A DNA stretch of 64,000 nucleotides, from positions 1,842,806 to 1,906,805 of the forward strand of contig NW_003314271.1 in the NCBI RefSeq assembly GCF_000143415.4. Direction: 5' to 3'. Of the stretch, positions 10,659 through 22,569 are shown one piece after another. The notes beneath the pieces were generated by a model. That model did not search any database. It saw only the letters and a program-made list of their open reading frames with translations, and was not told the DNA's origin. The DNA comes from Selaginella moellendorffii. Taxonomy: Eukaryota > Plantae > Lycopodiophyta. The position numbers were made by a program, and so were the translations under genes. Positions within the stretch are counted from its first letter, which is position 1. Every line of letters starts with the position of its first letter.

Positions 10659-12833
10659 ATGGAAGCGCCTCTCTCGAATACAAAGAACGCACAGGAGCTT
10701 CAAGGGACTTCTAGGGCTTCTCTCGCGGCGCTTCTTCGCAGGTATGGCGATGCCGGGAGCCTCTCGCGTGTCCGGCGGCTCCACTCACGCATCCGCGACG
10801 ACGTATTCCTCTGCAATCTCCTCGTCCAGGCGTATGGCAAGTGCCGATCAATCGACGACGCCCGGCGCTGCTTCGACGCCATCGCTGCCAAGAACGTCGT
10901 CTCGTGGACCCTGATGATCGCGGCGTATGGCCAGAATGGGGATTACAGGACAGCGCTGCGATTGTTTTGGGAGATGAATTTGCAGGGCGTGAGGCCGGAC
11001 AGGGTCGTGTTTGTGGAGATTTTGAGCGTTTGCGCCAAGACTGGGGATCTAGCCACGGGAATTTCGATCCATCTCCAGATTTTGGGATCGGGGATCTTGC
11101 ACTGCGACGTAGTCCTGCGCACAGCGATCGTCACCATGTATGGGAAGTGTGGAGATGTGGAAGCTGCCAAGGCCGCGTTTGACGAGATCGAGCAGCCGAA
11201 TAACTACTCGTGGAATTCTCTCATCGCAGCGTATGGCCAGAAGGGGCATTGCAAGGAAGCGTTGGAAACTTTCCAGCGGATGGATAGGCCGGATAAGTTT
11301 ACGTTCTTGAGCGTTCTTGGTGCTTGCTGCCATGCCGAAGAAGCTCAAGAAATCCACGCCCGGGTGGTCTCCTGCGGGCTAGAAATGGACGTGATGGTGG
11401 CGACTCAGCTCATCAGCGTTTATGGGAAGTGTGGAAGAGTTGCAGAGGCCCGTCGTGTGTTTGAGAAAGTTTGCTGGGAAGACGCTGTTGGCTGGAACTC
11501 CATGCTCGCTGCTTATGCCCAGAACGGGCTTCCAGATCAAGCGCTGGCTCTCTACTGGGCTCTGAATCAGGCTGGAGTTTCTCCCGATGAAGCGACCTTT
11601 GTGAGCCTTTTGGACGCCGCCGCTGCTTTGTGCGCGCTCAAGGTGGTGTTGGAGATCCATGCACAGGTTTCTTCGCGGAGGATTCAGTCTCACATCGTCG
11701 ACACGGCTCTCGTTTTTGCTTATGGAAAATGCGGCCGCCCAATGGATTCGAGAAAGGTGTTTGACAGCACCAACGGAGCAGTAGTGACACATTGGAATGC
11801 TATGATCGAGGCCTACTCACAAAACGACATGGAACGCGAAGCCATCCAACTTTTCAAGTATATGGACCTGAAAGGAATCAAGCAAGATGAAGTCAGCTTT
11901 ATAAACGTCATCGGTGCCTGTTCTACTCTCGAGGATCTAGCGGAAGGTGAAAGGCTGCACCAGAGGATTGTCGACATCTATCACAAACAAGATCGAGTAC
12001 TGGGAACCGCACTGATCAACCTTCACGGCAAGTGCGGGAACTTGGCTCAGGCTCGGTCGCTCCTAGACTCGATGCCATCCAAAGACGTTGTGTCCTGGAA
12101 CACGATGATAACGTCCTACGCCAGGTACGGCCACTCGAAAGCAGCACTTGAACTGTTCGAGACAATGGTGTCATCCACAACGTCGAGCTTGCGGCCGAGC
12201 TCGGTTACTTACGTTGCGGTGCTCGGTGCGTGCTCGGATTCGGGTGCCTTGACCGCTGGGAGGAGAATCCACGAACACATTCTAGCGAGCAAGGCAGAGT
12301 GGGAGCTTCCAGTCGGGAACGCTCTCATTAGCATGTACGGGAAGTGTGGAAGCGTGGAGGATGCAAGGCTGGTATTCACGGCGATGAGAGAAAAGAGCCT
12401 GTTCTCGTGGAACAGCATGCTGGCCGCGTACACCCAGAACCATCAAGGCAGCGCAGCGGAAGCGTTTGATCTCGGGAGGGAGATGGTCCTCCACGGCATC
12501 AAGCCCAACGAAGCGACTTTCGTCAGCATTCTCTACGCTTGCAGCCATGCAGGCCGGTTTGACGAAGCTTACGTCCAGTTCGTCGCCATGGAAAGCGACC
12601 ACGGTGTGAGGCCGGTTGCCGAGCACTATGGCTGCATGGTGGATCTGTTTGGGAGGCTGGGATGGCTGGCGGAGGCCGAGCATGCCGCCAAGAATGCGCC
12701 GAAGGGTGGCGATATCGTCTCGTGGATGAGTGTTTTGGGAGCTTGTAAGATCCATAGCGACGATGCTCGAGCCAAGCAAGTGGCAGAGAAAGTTTTCCAG
12801 GTTTCCAGAAGTAGTCTTTCTATAAACAACTAG
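10659..12833 (+). CDS. PLS-class PPR protein with truncated E domain and no DYW
   Basis: 724-aa intronless ORF with repeated MYGKCG / SWNxMIxAY; HYGCMVDLFGRLG...LGACKIH. Confidence 0.93.
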   Translation: MEAPLSNTKNAQELQGTSRASLAALLRRYGDAGSLSRVRRLHSRIRDDVFLCNLLVQAYGKCRSIDDARRCFDAIAAKNVVSWTLMIAAYGQNGDYRTALRLFWEMNLQGVRPDRVVFVEILSVCAKTGDLATGISIHLQILGSGILHCDVVLRTAIVTMYGKCGDVEAAKAAFDEIEQPNNYSWNSLIAAYGQKGHCKEALETFQRMDRPDKFTFLSVLGACCHAEEAQEIHARVVSCGLEMDVMVATQLISVYGKCGRVAEARRVFEKVCWEDAVGWNSMLAAYAQNGLPDQALALYWALNQAGVSPDEATFVSLLDAAAALCALKVVLEIHAQVSSRRIQSHIVDTALVFAYGKCGRPMDSRKVFDSTNGAVVTHWNAMIEAYSQNDMEREAIQLFKYMDLKGIKQDEVSFINVIGACSTLEDLAEGERLHQRIVDIYHKQDRVLGTALINLHGKCGNLAQARSLLDSMPSKDVVSWNTMITSYARYGHSKAALELFETMVSSTTSSLRPSSVTYVAVLGACSDSGALTAGRRIHEHILASKAEWELPVGNALISMYGKCGSVEDARLVFTAMREKSLFSWNSMLAAYTQNHQGSAAEAFDLGREMVLHGIKPNEATFVSILYACSHAGRFDEAYVQFVAMESDHGVRPVAEHYGCMVDLFGRLGWLAEAEHAAKNAPKGGDIVSWMSVLGACKIHSDDARAKQVAEKVFQVSRSSLSINN

Positions 12834-12962
12834 CTCCGGAAGGTAAGGTTTTTAACTGTACTTTTTAACTCGTGCTGACACGAAACTCTTGTTTTTCAGG
12901 GAAGAAGAACAAACGCAGCCGCCTCTTCTCTCTCTCTCTCTCTCTCTCGCTCTCGCTCCGGA

Positions 12963-14761
12963 ATGGGTACCAAAGGGGATGCGCTTGCTTCTTCGAAGCT
13001 CAAGATTGAAGTTGGCAAACAACTATGGCTGGCGGTCCCGATGATCGGTGTGAACCTGGTGCAGTTCAGCCGGACTATAGTGTCCGTAATGTTCGTGGGT
13101 CATTTAGGGGAGCTCGAGCTTTCCAGCGCTTCCATCGCCTCTTCCTTCTGCGTCGTCACTGGCTACAGTCTCCTGGTAAGCTTGTTTCCATCTTTTCCCC
13201 CCAACCAAGCCGAAGTGTTTTGGGCTCTTTTTATTCAGATGGGACTTGGAAGCGCTCTGGAAACACTGTGTGGACAGGCTTATGGTGCCAAGCAGTACCA
13301 CTTGCTGGGAGTGTACATGCAGAGAGCAATGATCCTCCTCAACATCGTTTGCTTGCCAATCGCGGTGATGTGGTATAACATGGAGCACGTACTAGTCTTC
13401 TTCAAGCAGGACCCTGATATATCCATGAAAGCTGGGATATATGCTCGGTACATGATCCCTGGTTTGTTCGCACTGGCTTTTCTTCAGCCGCTGGTGAAGT
13501 TTTTGCAGTCGCAGAGCAAAGTCCTTCCCATGTTTCTGTGCTCGGCGGCGGCATCCATCGTCCACGCGCTGCTCTGCTGGCTCTTCATCTTCAAGTTGGG
13601 AATGGGAAACACCGGAGCAGCAGTGACCGTAAGCTTCTCTTACTGGCTTAATGCTGTTCTCCTGGTGGCTGTTGTTGTAATGACGCCTTCGGCCAGAGAG
13701 TGCTGGCATGGATTCTCCGCGCAGGCTTTCGAGGGCTTCATCGAGTTTCTCAAGCTCGCCATCCCGTCGGCAGTCATGGTCTGGTAAGTCTACTTTTTTC
13801 AAATGACCCGGACTGATATTTCTTTTGTTGTGCTGTAGCTTTGAGTGGTGGTCATTTGAAGCTCTGGTCCTCCTGTCCGGGCTACTGCCAAATCCGCAGC
13901 TGGACGCATCCGTGTTTTCAATCATGTGAGTGATGTCTCTTTCTTTCCTTCTTGTTTATTATGTGGCTTTTTGACAGCCTGAACACGATCGCGACATGCT
14001 ATATGATTCCCAGTGGCATAGGTGCTGCGACAAGGTACTTGTAAACAAAGCCCCTCGTTTATATTCTAAGGAGAACATTCATATCGTCTGCAGCACAAGA
14101 GTTGCCAACGAACTCGGGGCTGGGCGTGCTGCTCCAGCTCGCTTTGCATTTCTCGTATCCATGGGACTTGCAGTGATGGATGCAGTTATTATCTCGCTAA
14201 TAATCGTCTCGTTGCGCAACGTTCTCGGGAAAGCCTACAGTAACGAAGCAGAGGTGGTGGCAGAGGTTGCCGAAATGGTTCCTCTGCTTGCTGCTGTTAT
14301 CGTCATGGACGCATTGCAAGGCGTCACCTCAGGTACCTTTGAAGCATTTCAATTTTTCGAAGTTTTCTTGGGGCCTTCTATGTTCTTCAGGAGTAGCAAG
14401 GGGATGTGGCTGGCAAGCACTCGCTGCATTTGTAAACCTGGGGGCCTATTACGCGGTTGGACTGCCATTGGGATGCACTCTGGCATTCCACTTTGGACTC
14501 CTGGGAAAGGTAAACTTATTGGGCTGATCAAGCGTATATAATTGTGTGGACGTTTATCTTTGGTACAGGGGTTTTTGATTGGTCTCCTGTGTGGAGTCAC
14601 CCTTCAGGCGGCATTTCTCTTGTTTATTTCTGTTTTGACAAACTGGACACAGATGGTATTACTTGTTTTTTTCTTTTTTCTGTTACTAATGTGTTGCAAT
14701 CCAGGCGGAAGCAGCCATCAAAAGAGTGGAAGCTCAAGAAATTATAAGGTTGTTAGAATAA
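12963..14761 (+). CDS. MATE/DTX transporter, 8 exons
   Basis: [16 protein letters not shown]; [17 protein letters not shown]; [10 protein letters not shown]|FEWWSFE; [10 protein letters not shown]; GVARGCGWQ. Confidence 0.95.
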
Positions 14762-14967
14762 CTCTACTTTATTGTTTTAGAATTTGTGTATACAAGAAAA
14801 TCTAGAAGTTGTCTTCCAGATTAAAACTATTAAAATTATTTTAAAATTAAAGTTAAATATAGTTAATTTTCTTAACTCTGGTTTAATATTAGTTTTGAAT
14901 CAACTAAAATAATAGGAAAAATTATTTATATGAATATTTGTTAATAATACTATTAGTATGTTGTAAC

Positions 14968-14969
<2 letters not shown>

Positions 14970-15035
<66 letters not shown>
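14970..15035. repeat. (TA)n microsatellite
   Basis: Pure TA run at the left border of the TE region. Confidence 0.95.
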
Positions 15036-15038
<3 letters not shown>

Positions 15039-16899
15039 TAGCAAGGAATGGATTAATAAAAATTAGGATTCAAAGATGTTTTAATTAAAAATAATATTAT
15101 AAGTATTCGTAAATTCTTTCATGTGATGAAGTGAAAGACTTGTTAAAAACATGCTAGTAATTTTTAAAGATTGTCAATCAAGTTTATCTATACTATTTAT
15201 AATTTGTTTATGGTGAATAATAAGATTGTGTATAAAGATTTTGCAAGTTTGTTTCTAGTCTTCTTGCTCCCTCCGTCTTTGACATGCATTTAATGTGACA
15301 TTCTTGAACTTGAGACAATTTTAAAAACAAATTAAATATAATACTGACATTACTAATCATGTCCAATTAGAGCACTACTGATACAGTAGATAAATAAAAT
15401 TAAAAACAAGCTCACCCAAAAAAAAGGAGAGTTCTTGTCTTGAATTACATACTATTGCATTAATAAATAAGGGCTCTATAACTCTAACTTATAATACTAC
15501 ATCACAATATGTATATAAAGATGTCTTTTGACTTGGAAGAATTTCTTGGTTGATCATTGTAGTCTATCAATAAGTGCCTAAAAGAGCAAGGAAGAAAAAA
15601 ATATAACACCTTTTAGAAATGTATAAAATATAAGAATTTTTCAAAGAAGCTATAGAAGGACCACAATTAAAATTGTTGTGCACATGCTAAGGAGCAAGAA
15701 GACACACAAAACAATGCTATAACTATGAGCTTATGTAAAGGATTGTTGACAAAGGGTTTTATTTTCTAAAACAAATATAATCAAGTAACCAATGTTATCA
15801 CAACTTTCTATAACTTAAAAAAATATTTGGAAAATTTAGAGCAATTTAGCTCCTTTTCCATACTCCTCTCCTAGAAGAACTTTCCAGCCCCTTGACAAAT
15901 GTTAATTTCTCTTCACAATACCAAACACATCTTTGTTCAGCATCAATGACTTCATATATTATATCTTTGCAAGTTTGTTCCTCATGATTTATGCCCCTAG
16001 AATCCATCCTTACAAAAATTTAGCACTACATTAACAACCTATGCAGAAACTAAAGAGCTTTTTCCAATGTCTTTGAAACTTGAGTCATTTAATGTTTAAG
16101 ATTTGTCCTCTTTTCATCTTTAACTCAAGAGTCAAGACAATAGCTTCAAGAATTGATGGTAAAGAGGTAGTAGAAACTACACATAGAAATACACATTAGT
16201 TCCTATTAGATTTTAAAGATCTTGAAGTTAGGAATAAAAAACAAACTAAAAAGCTTTGGCGGACTGTCAAAAGTTTTATTAGGAGGACGCAAAACGGGGG
16301 GTTTTTAGCACCTCAAAGGCTAGCCTCTGGCAACTCCTACCCGTTACTCCATGCAGTTTATGTTGGCTGGCATTATCCTGCACTGGATACCACATTGCAA
16401 CTTACTTTCTGAAATTTATTCAAGTTTGCAATTATTATTGTTAGCTTATAACTCATCGAGAGCATGATTTTTGTTCTAAACAGGAAATTTCTTGTCACCA
16501 CCACAATAATTTTACACTATATATCTATGCTGTAAAGAATGTTCTTTATTTGAATTTTATAAAAACACATTTGCACTCCTAGGAAAAACTTGTTCTAAGC
16601 ACTATAATACTTTAGAAACTCCACTTACAAAAAGACAAGTTTACTAGATTTCTTTTATAAAAGATTAATGGTAATTTGTTTTGTAAGTTCTTTTGCATTT
16701 CTAGAAAGATTAACTAATAGTTTCATGTTACTATTGATGAGCGCTTTACTTACAGCATCAAAGATCTTTATTTATATACTAAGTCCAAGTGATGAGAGCT
16801 AGTTCTTGAATGACAGCTTTAGTAAGTTTTCTTATACGAAAAAATCAGATATGATCATATCAACATTAAAAATTAAAGCTTCATACTTAAATAATAGCC

Positions 16900-18800
16900 A
16901 ATATTTATAAAAACAGAGTGATTAGAAAAGAATAGTTTGTAGAATTCTTTCACCTTATTATCAAGTTTGTTTCTCAAGATGTCAAGTGACTACAAACTTT
17001 TCCATTTATAATGAAAAAAATCAATGAGATTAAAGTAGTTGAAGTTTGGGATTTATATCTTTTAGTTAGGTAAAGACCCAATTTACTTTTTTAAAATTCT
17101 GAAGATTAGCAAATATTGTAAGACAACAAACCCAGGAAGAAAAATTCCTTTACCTCCAGAATCTAGGTTTCTTTCATGAAAGGCATAACTAAATCTTCAA
17201 AATAATAATTTAAGATAGCCAAGACATAGCTTATATAATGCTTTTTATTGTCAATGAGAGGTTTAGCAACTTGGAGAGACTGCTAAAAGTCATACTCTTA
17301 GCAAAATAAAAGGAATTTCTACCTAGATTGAAAATGAAATAAAATCTCATTAGTGCTTTAGCCTTTCTTTATATATCCCACATCCTAATAAATTAAAAAT
17401 GTTGTGGATTGTTAGTGAAATAGAGTTGTTGTCATGAGATTATAACTTTGATGGATATGTGTTGTATTGTTTGTCACCATTCTAGAACTTGTTCAGCTGT
17501 TTAACTCATTGTTCTACAAGTCGATAAAACACTTGGTGTTACTCATTATAGCAATGGTCATAAAAGTTAATCTTGCAATTAATTTATTCCAAAGTTCCAT
17601 TCCATGGTTATCCTATTATAAATTATCATAGAGTAAAAAGTGAAAATTACATGTGCTACAAAGATTCTCAAACCCATCACAAAACTTTTAAATCCATGGT
17701 TTAACCTTTTGAACTTCACAAACCTCATCTAGAGAAGATAAATCTAGTTTCACACTTTACAAAAACTGAATATTAAGTATAATAACTATCAACAGTATGA
17801 AAAAGAAAGAATGTTAGGATCAATTATAAAACTCCTTAGACAATGAACACTCTTGAAGTTATATATTTAAAGCTTCAAAGCCCATTAAATAATATAATCA
17901 TTAAATTCTTTTATTTGGACAATGAAGTGACAATAATATAATTGCTCTCCAACAATGTAAAAAAAAACAATATAAATATGCATAAAACTTTTCAAAACCC
18001 CAAATTTTTACTAAACACTTCGAGTAGTTCACTTGTTAATTACAATATATGGCTATTATATATAATGAGATAATGCTAACTAAATACATTTATACTCTTG
18101 TGTCAACACACTTCTAAAACTAATTTCAAAAATATCCATATATAAAATAAAGAGTCAAGCATAGTTAGAATATTTAAAAAACTAAAGGAGTTGTTAACAC
18201 TTTTTTGAGATTTGTCAATATCCACTTACAATTTTAAATAAAAGATGATGTTGATGACTTCAATAATTCTTGCAATAGTGTAATATATTAGAAAAATAAT
18301 TAATAAAATATATGAAATATTGCATGTTACTAAGGAAGTGCTACAAATCATTCATACACTTCAATATAAGGAATTTCAAACCAACCTTAAATTTGTTAAA
18401 ATAAATTTGCAAACCATTGCAAGAAATATGATACTTAAGATAAACTATGTCTTTAGACCCAAATATGCATTTATACTGCTTTAACTTCAAATCAAATTCC
18501 CATAACCAATTTAACAACTTATGGATATTATGAACATACTCCTCCCACATCCTCAATATATCATTGATGAAATTAATAGTCACCTTTGATATATTGAGAG
18601 AACCTCATCCATTATCCACTCAAAAGTTAATAGACAACTAAATAGGCAAACTAACAACTTTGCTCTAAATGATCCAAAAGATTGATAGTGTGAGGAAGAG
18701 GGTGTACATTTGGGATAGTCACAGTTTAACAAATGTTAATTGATGTAAAATTGAATACTTACATCAAGCTTTGTTAAAAGATAAATTTCACATGCCTAAA
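16900..18800 (-). mobile_element. Heavily decayed Ty3/gypsy pol remnant (RT through integrase)
   Basis: 18341-18583 reads FINDILRMWEEYVHNIHKLLNWLWEFDLKLKQYKCIFGSKDIVYLKYHIS (RT C-terminal half); integrase-end-like traces near 17.05-17.2 kb; boundaries approximate. Confidence 0.7.
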
Positions 18801-19144
18801 GACTCTAAAACTTTTATATAACCCTTTTTCTCAATATTTTTTTGATTAAGATCTTGATCTCCTTTAGTGATTAATGCCAAATAAGAATCTAAATCAAATA
18901 AGCATCCTTAGTTGAAATAAATCTTGGCCCTAAAAGACATGTCAAAGTCAAAATGACCAACATACTCTTATTGCACAAAAATCTTCTAAGGGATCTAAAA
19001 AGGGAATAAAAAAGCAAAACAAAAAGATAGTAGGTAATAATGGAAAGGTAAAATTGATGAAGCAAAAGTAAAAATAGATTAACAAAATAAAATAAAAGTG
19101 AAAGGAATAAAAGAGATATAAAAATTGTTACACGTTGCATGTAG

Positions 19145-19269
19145 TAATGTTTGGTTTGCTTAATAGTAGTTTTATTATTACTTATTAATCCAATTGATCA
19201 AATAAAGTTTATAATTATAAGCATGTTTGTAATTTATAAACACAACATTAATCTTATTTCATATCAACC
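19145..19269 (+). repeat. Left half (A) of a dispersed AT-rich repeat
   Basis: Aligns to the reverse complement of 46682-46787 (TTTGGTTTGCTTAAT...TAATCCAATTGATCAA...). Confidence 0.75.
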
Positions 19270-19292
19270 TTCTTAATGTGTGTGCAGTGCAG

Positions 19293-19604
19293 AGCTATGT
19301 AATTTTTTGTGCCAAGTAGCGCACAGCATGCAGTACTCACCGGGGCCTGAGTCCTTGGAATGCGCTCTCATCAAAATGGATGAGATTCTGTTTGATAAGA
19401 TTGCCTTCTCAACCATAAGCATGGCTCTCAAGCTGGTAAGCTCTTGGAAAGTTTTCGTTCTCACTTTCTTGGTTATTTGGTTTACGTATCCCTTGGCATC
19501 AGTACATCCAGGATTACAAAGCAGGACGGTTTAGAGTTCACTCAGGGGTGATCGATAAGAGGCCTGGTGCCAATCCATTTGATCCTCAAGGCTTCATTCT
19601 CTGA
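19293..19604 (+). pseudogene. NUDT23: 3' fragment of a Nudix hydrolase 23-like gene (2 exons, disabled)
   Basis: SYVIFCAK* then frameshift, SMQYSPGPESLECAL...KIAFSTISMALKL|YIQDYKAGRFRVHSGVIDKRPGANPFDP; 5' exons are missing. Confidence 0.8.
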
Positions 19605-19902
19605 GACTACCTTTCAGGAGAGTTTTGTTTCAAAAACAGCAGGAAAAATTACCAAGGCTATTTGATCTTTTTGTTTTGTTTATTCTCTTGGATTATCACT
19701 CATTATTCCACTGTTCCCAGGAAGAACAAAGGTTCTTGGGGTTGTTTGGTTTTATGGCATTTTTTGATAGATTTAAATATTTCTTCCTTTTGCCTTATTT
19801 GTTTAAATTTTCCAAAACCCGAAAACCTTTTGGGTTAAACTCTGCCGCGTGGCATTTTGGACGGTGTAGATTAAGGGCCATGTCTTTAAATCAGGGTAAA
19901 GG

Positions 19903-20928
19903 ATGATGGCGAGCACTTTTGTCGAGATGCACGGCGGTATGCCAGTCATCAAGGAGCTGATAGTTGACAATGACGAGCTTATGGAGGCTTTGGCCGAAGC
20001 TGGCGAGGCAAGCAAGAAAAGAGAGCGAAAGGAGGAAGACAAAGATGGGCAACCCCTCAAGAAGGTAAGGAAAGAGGAACCCTGCAAGGATCAAGGGCAA
20101 ACAATGGCAAGTACTCTTGTGGAGATGCATGGCGGTATGCCCGTCATCAAGGAGCTGCTAGTTGACAACGACGAGCTCATGGAGGCTTTGGCCGAAGCTG
20201 GCAAGGCAAGTAAGAAAAGGCAGCGCGAGGAGGACTGCAAAGATGGCCAACCCCTCAAGATGGTAAAGAGAGATGATGCCCGAGAGGAACCCTGCAAGGA
20301 TCAAGGCAGGTCCAGGGGCCCTATAATCATGAGGATCAAGCTGCACAAGAAGGGAGATGCAGTCGTCAAAGAACCCTGCAATGATCACTGCAAAGATCAA
20401 GTCGCGAGGATCAAGCTCCACAAAGAAAACAAGGAAAGCAGTAGCGCTCTTGTAGAGGAGATGTCGAAACCCATCATCGCAAACGAGGGCAAGAAGAATA
20501 TTCCAAACAAGACAAAACCTCCAATTGCCAGGAGCGAGACAAAGCCTCCAATTGCTAAAAGCGAGATAAAAGCGCCAATCGCTAGCAGCGAGACAAATAT
20601 CGCTAGGAGTGAGACAAAGCCGCCAATCGCTAGGAGCGCGACAAAGACAATGGCAAGGGCAATCAAGCCTTGCAACATGGCAAAAAAGGCGTCACAGCAG
20701 CAGAGGAGTCATAAGGAGCTTGAGACGAGCGCTAGCATGAAAATCGAGTGTGCGCCAGTGAAGAAGGTGCTCAATGTTAGGTGCTTGAACGTGCCATTGG
20801 GTGATGCTGTGAAGAGACGAGATGCCCCCGTTCACTATCTCGATTTTGGTGTTGGTGACGGCTGCGCTGCTCGTTCCACAGCTCCAAAGATCAAGTGGAA
20901 CCCCATGCGCTCCTCCACTCACGCATGA
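19903..20928 (+). CDS. Unknown 341-aa protein built from internal repeats
   Basis: Long open frame with host-like GC; duplicated ~66-aa N-terminal unit; PPIA[RK]SE[TI]K repeats. Confidence 0.6.
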   Translation: MMASTFVEMHGGMPVIKELIVDNDELMEALAEAGEASKKRERKEEDKDGQPLKKVRKEEPCKDQGQTMASTLVEMHGGMPVIKELLVDNDELMEALAEAGKASKKRQREEDCKDGQPLKMVKRDDAREEPCKDQGRSRGPIIMRIKLHKKGDAVVKEPCNDHCKDQVARIKLHKENKESSSALVEEMSKPIIANEGKKNIPNKTKPPIARSETKPPIAKSEIKAPIASSETNIARSETKPPIARSATKTMARAIKPCNMAKKASQQQRSHKELETSASMKIECAPVKKVLNVRCLNVPLGDAVKRRDAPVHYLDFGVGDGCAARSTAPKIKWNPMRSSTHA

Positions 20929-21383
20929 TTTGCAACAACTTCGTTAAGATTAAGATAAGAACAGAATTTTTTTAGTAGAACAAATTTGTCTTGATTAATT
21001 TGTGCAAATCAAAGAATATAGTTTTTTTTTCCTCCCATGATAATATTACCTGGACGCTGCAAAGAACACCGACAACATAAAGCTAGCCTCTTCAAACAAG
21101 ACCGAGTGTGTTAGTGCTGCATTCTGGCTGAAGAAAAACTTCCAAAACAAAAGCTAAACCATCACTCCTCTTCAAAAAAAATAAAAATAAATATAGTGTC
21201 CCCCCCTCAGTACCAATGAAAAACAAAAAAAGAAAAAAGAAAAACGAGGAAAACCAAAAGACAAAAGAAAAAAAGAAAAGAGTAAAACGCTTTGCTCTCT
21301 TACGTTACCTCCATGGAACGCTGGATGGAATGCTGCTAGAAGTGTCACTGTGATCCTCTATTCTAAGCCGCCGGAGGAAAGAG

Positions 21384-22003
21384 CTAGCTACTGTGATCAG
21401 CTATGGAAGGATATGGCCTAAAGCGAGCGTCTGGATTCCCTCCTCTCTGGGATTGTCTATTGCCTGCTCCATAGTTCGCACCATAGCCTCCTCCATTCCC
21501 TGTTCCATCACCTGTTACTCCACTGTTTCCCATCCTTCCGCCATAATTCAATCCAACACCGCCACCACCACCGCCACCATTGCCACCGCTTCCACCACCA
21601 CCGCTGCCACTCCCACCAACGCCGCTATATCCATCTACACTCCCAGCTCTCCAGGTGTTGCCCAGATAACTAGAGTATGCATCTGCATAACTCGAGCCAT
21701 AGCTACCTGCATTACCACCACTGCCACCACTGTATCCTCTACTGTTATTCCCATATCCTTGCCCACCAAAGCCAGCAGCAGCACTGCATACCCCGTGTCG
21801 CTACTATAACCATAGCCACTCCCGCTATACCCCGGACTCATCACAGCATTCCCCTGTCCGCCACCTCCGGAGCCACCCCATCCAGCATTCCCATATCTGC
21901 TCATATTACTCCCACTGCCTCCATATCCACTGGAACCAGCAGCTCCACCATATCCCAGAGCACTGCCACCACCCCAAGCGTTCCATCCACCTCCGCGGCC
22001 AAT
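21384..22003 (-). pseudogene. 3' glycine-rich tail fragment of an hnRNP A/B (Musashi-like) RNA-binding protein gene
   Basis: GRGGGWNAWGGG...GYGANYGAGNRQSQRGGNPDARFRPYPSIADHSS* (PY-NLS-like); internal frameshift; no RRMs; 3'UTR intron at about 21057-21308. Confidence 0.7.
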
Positions 22004-22007
22004 GATA

Positions 22008-22160
22008 GAATCAAAAAGAATATATTAAAAATGGTTTAAGAAAGTTTATAAATTATAAACATGTTTATAAAGTATAAATACAAGATTAATATAAATGAAT
22101 AACAACCATTAGATAGTAGAATATCCTAGAATATTCAAGCATATTCTAGGTATATCCATT
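22008..22160 (+). repeat. Right half (B) of the dispersed AT-rich repeat
   Basis: Aligns to the reverse complement of 46548-46680 and to 25590-25700. Confidence 0.8.
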
Positions 22161-22569
22161 ACTATCTGCAAACCAAAAAATATAAAATAAAGGGGATAAT
22201 AATTAAAATTATATTTGACATAATTGCTGCAATCAATCTATACTAAAGATGAGGTTAAAAACTCCATTTGTAATGATTGAAGTTTAAGTTCAAAATCACT
22301 TACTATCATGAATGTGATTGCAAGTATCAAAAATTACCTATCAGTTAATCCTTTTGGATATTCTTTCTTTAATGCTACAATGGCAGAAGGTTGGTATTAT
22401 TGGTTCTTTTTTTAGCCCCTCTTGTTCAAGTGTTAATAAATTGGGCTTAGCATTTATACTTAGCCAAATGAACATAAGGTAGGAACTCTTATGTGTTTCT
22501 TGCTAAAGATACTTGGCCTAGCTTTTAATTCTCTTTTGCTTTGTTTTACACTGGTTTAACAAGTATCTG

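Noticed and set aside
21393-22039. Pro/Thr-rich plus-strand ORFs (extensin-like)
   Set aside because: Antisense of the Gly-rich hnRNP tail; the Pro frame has many stops.
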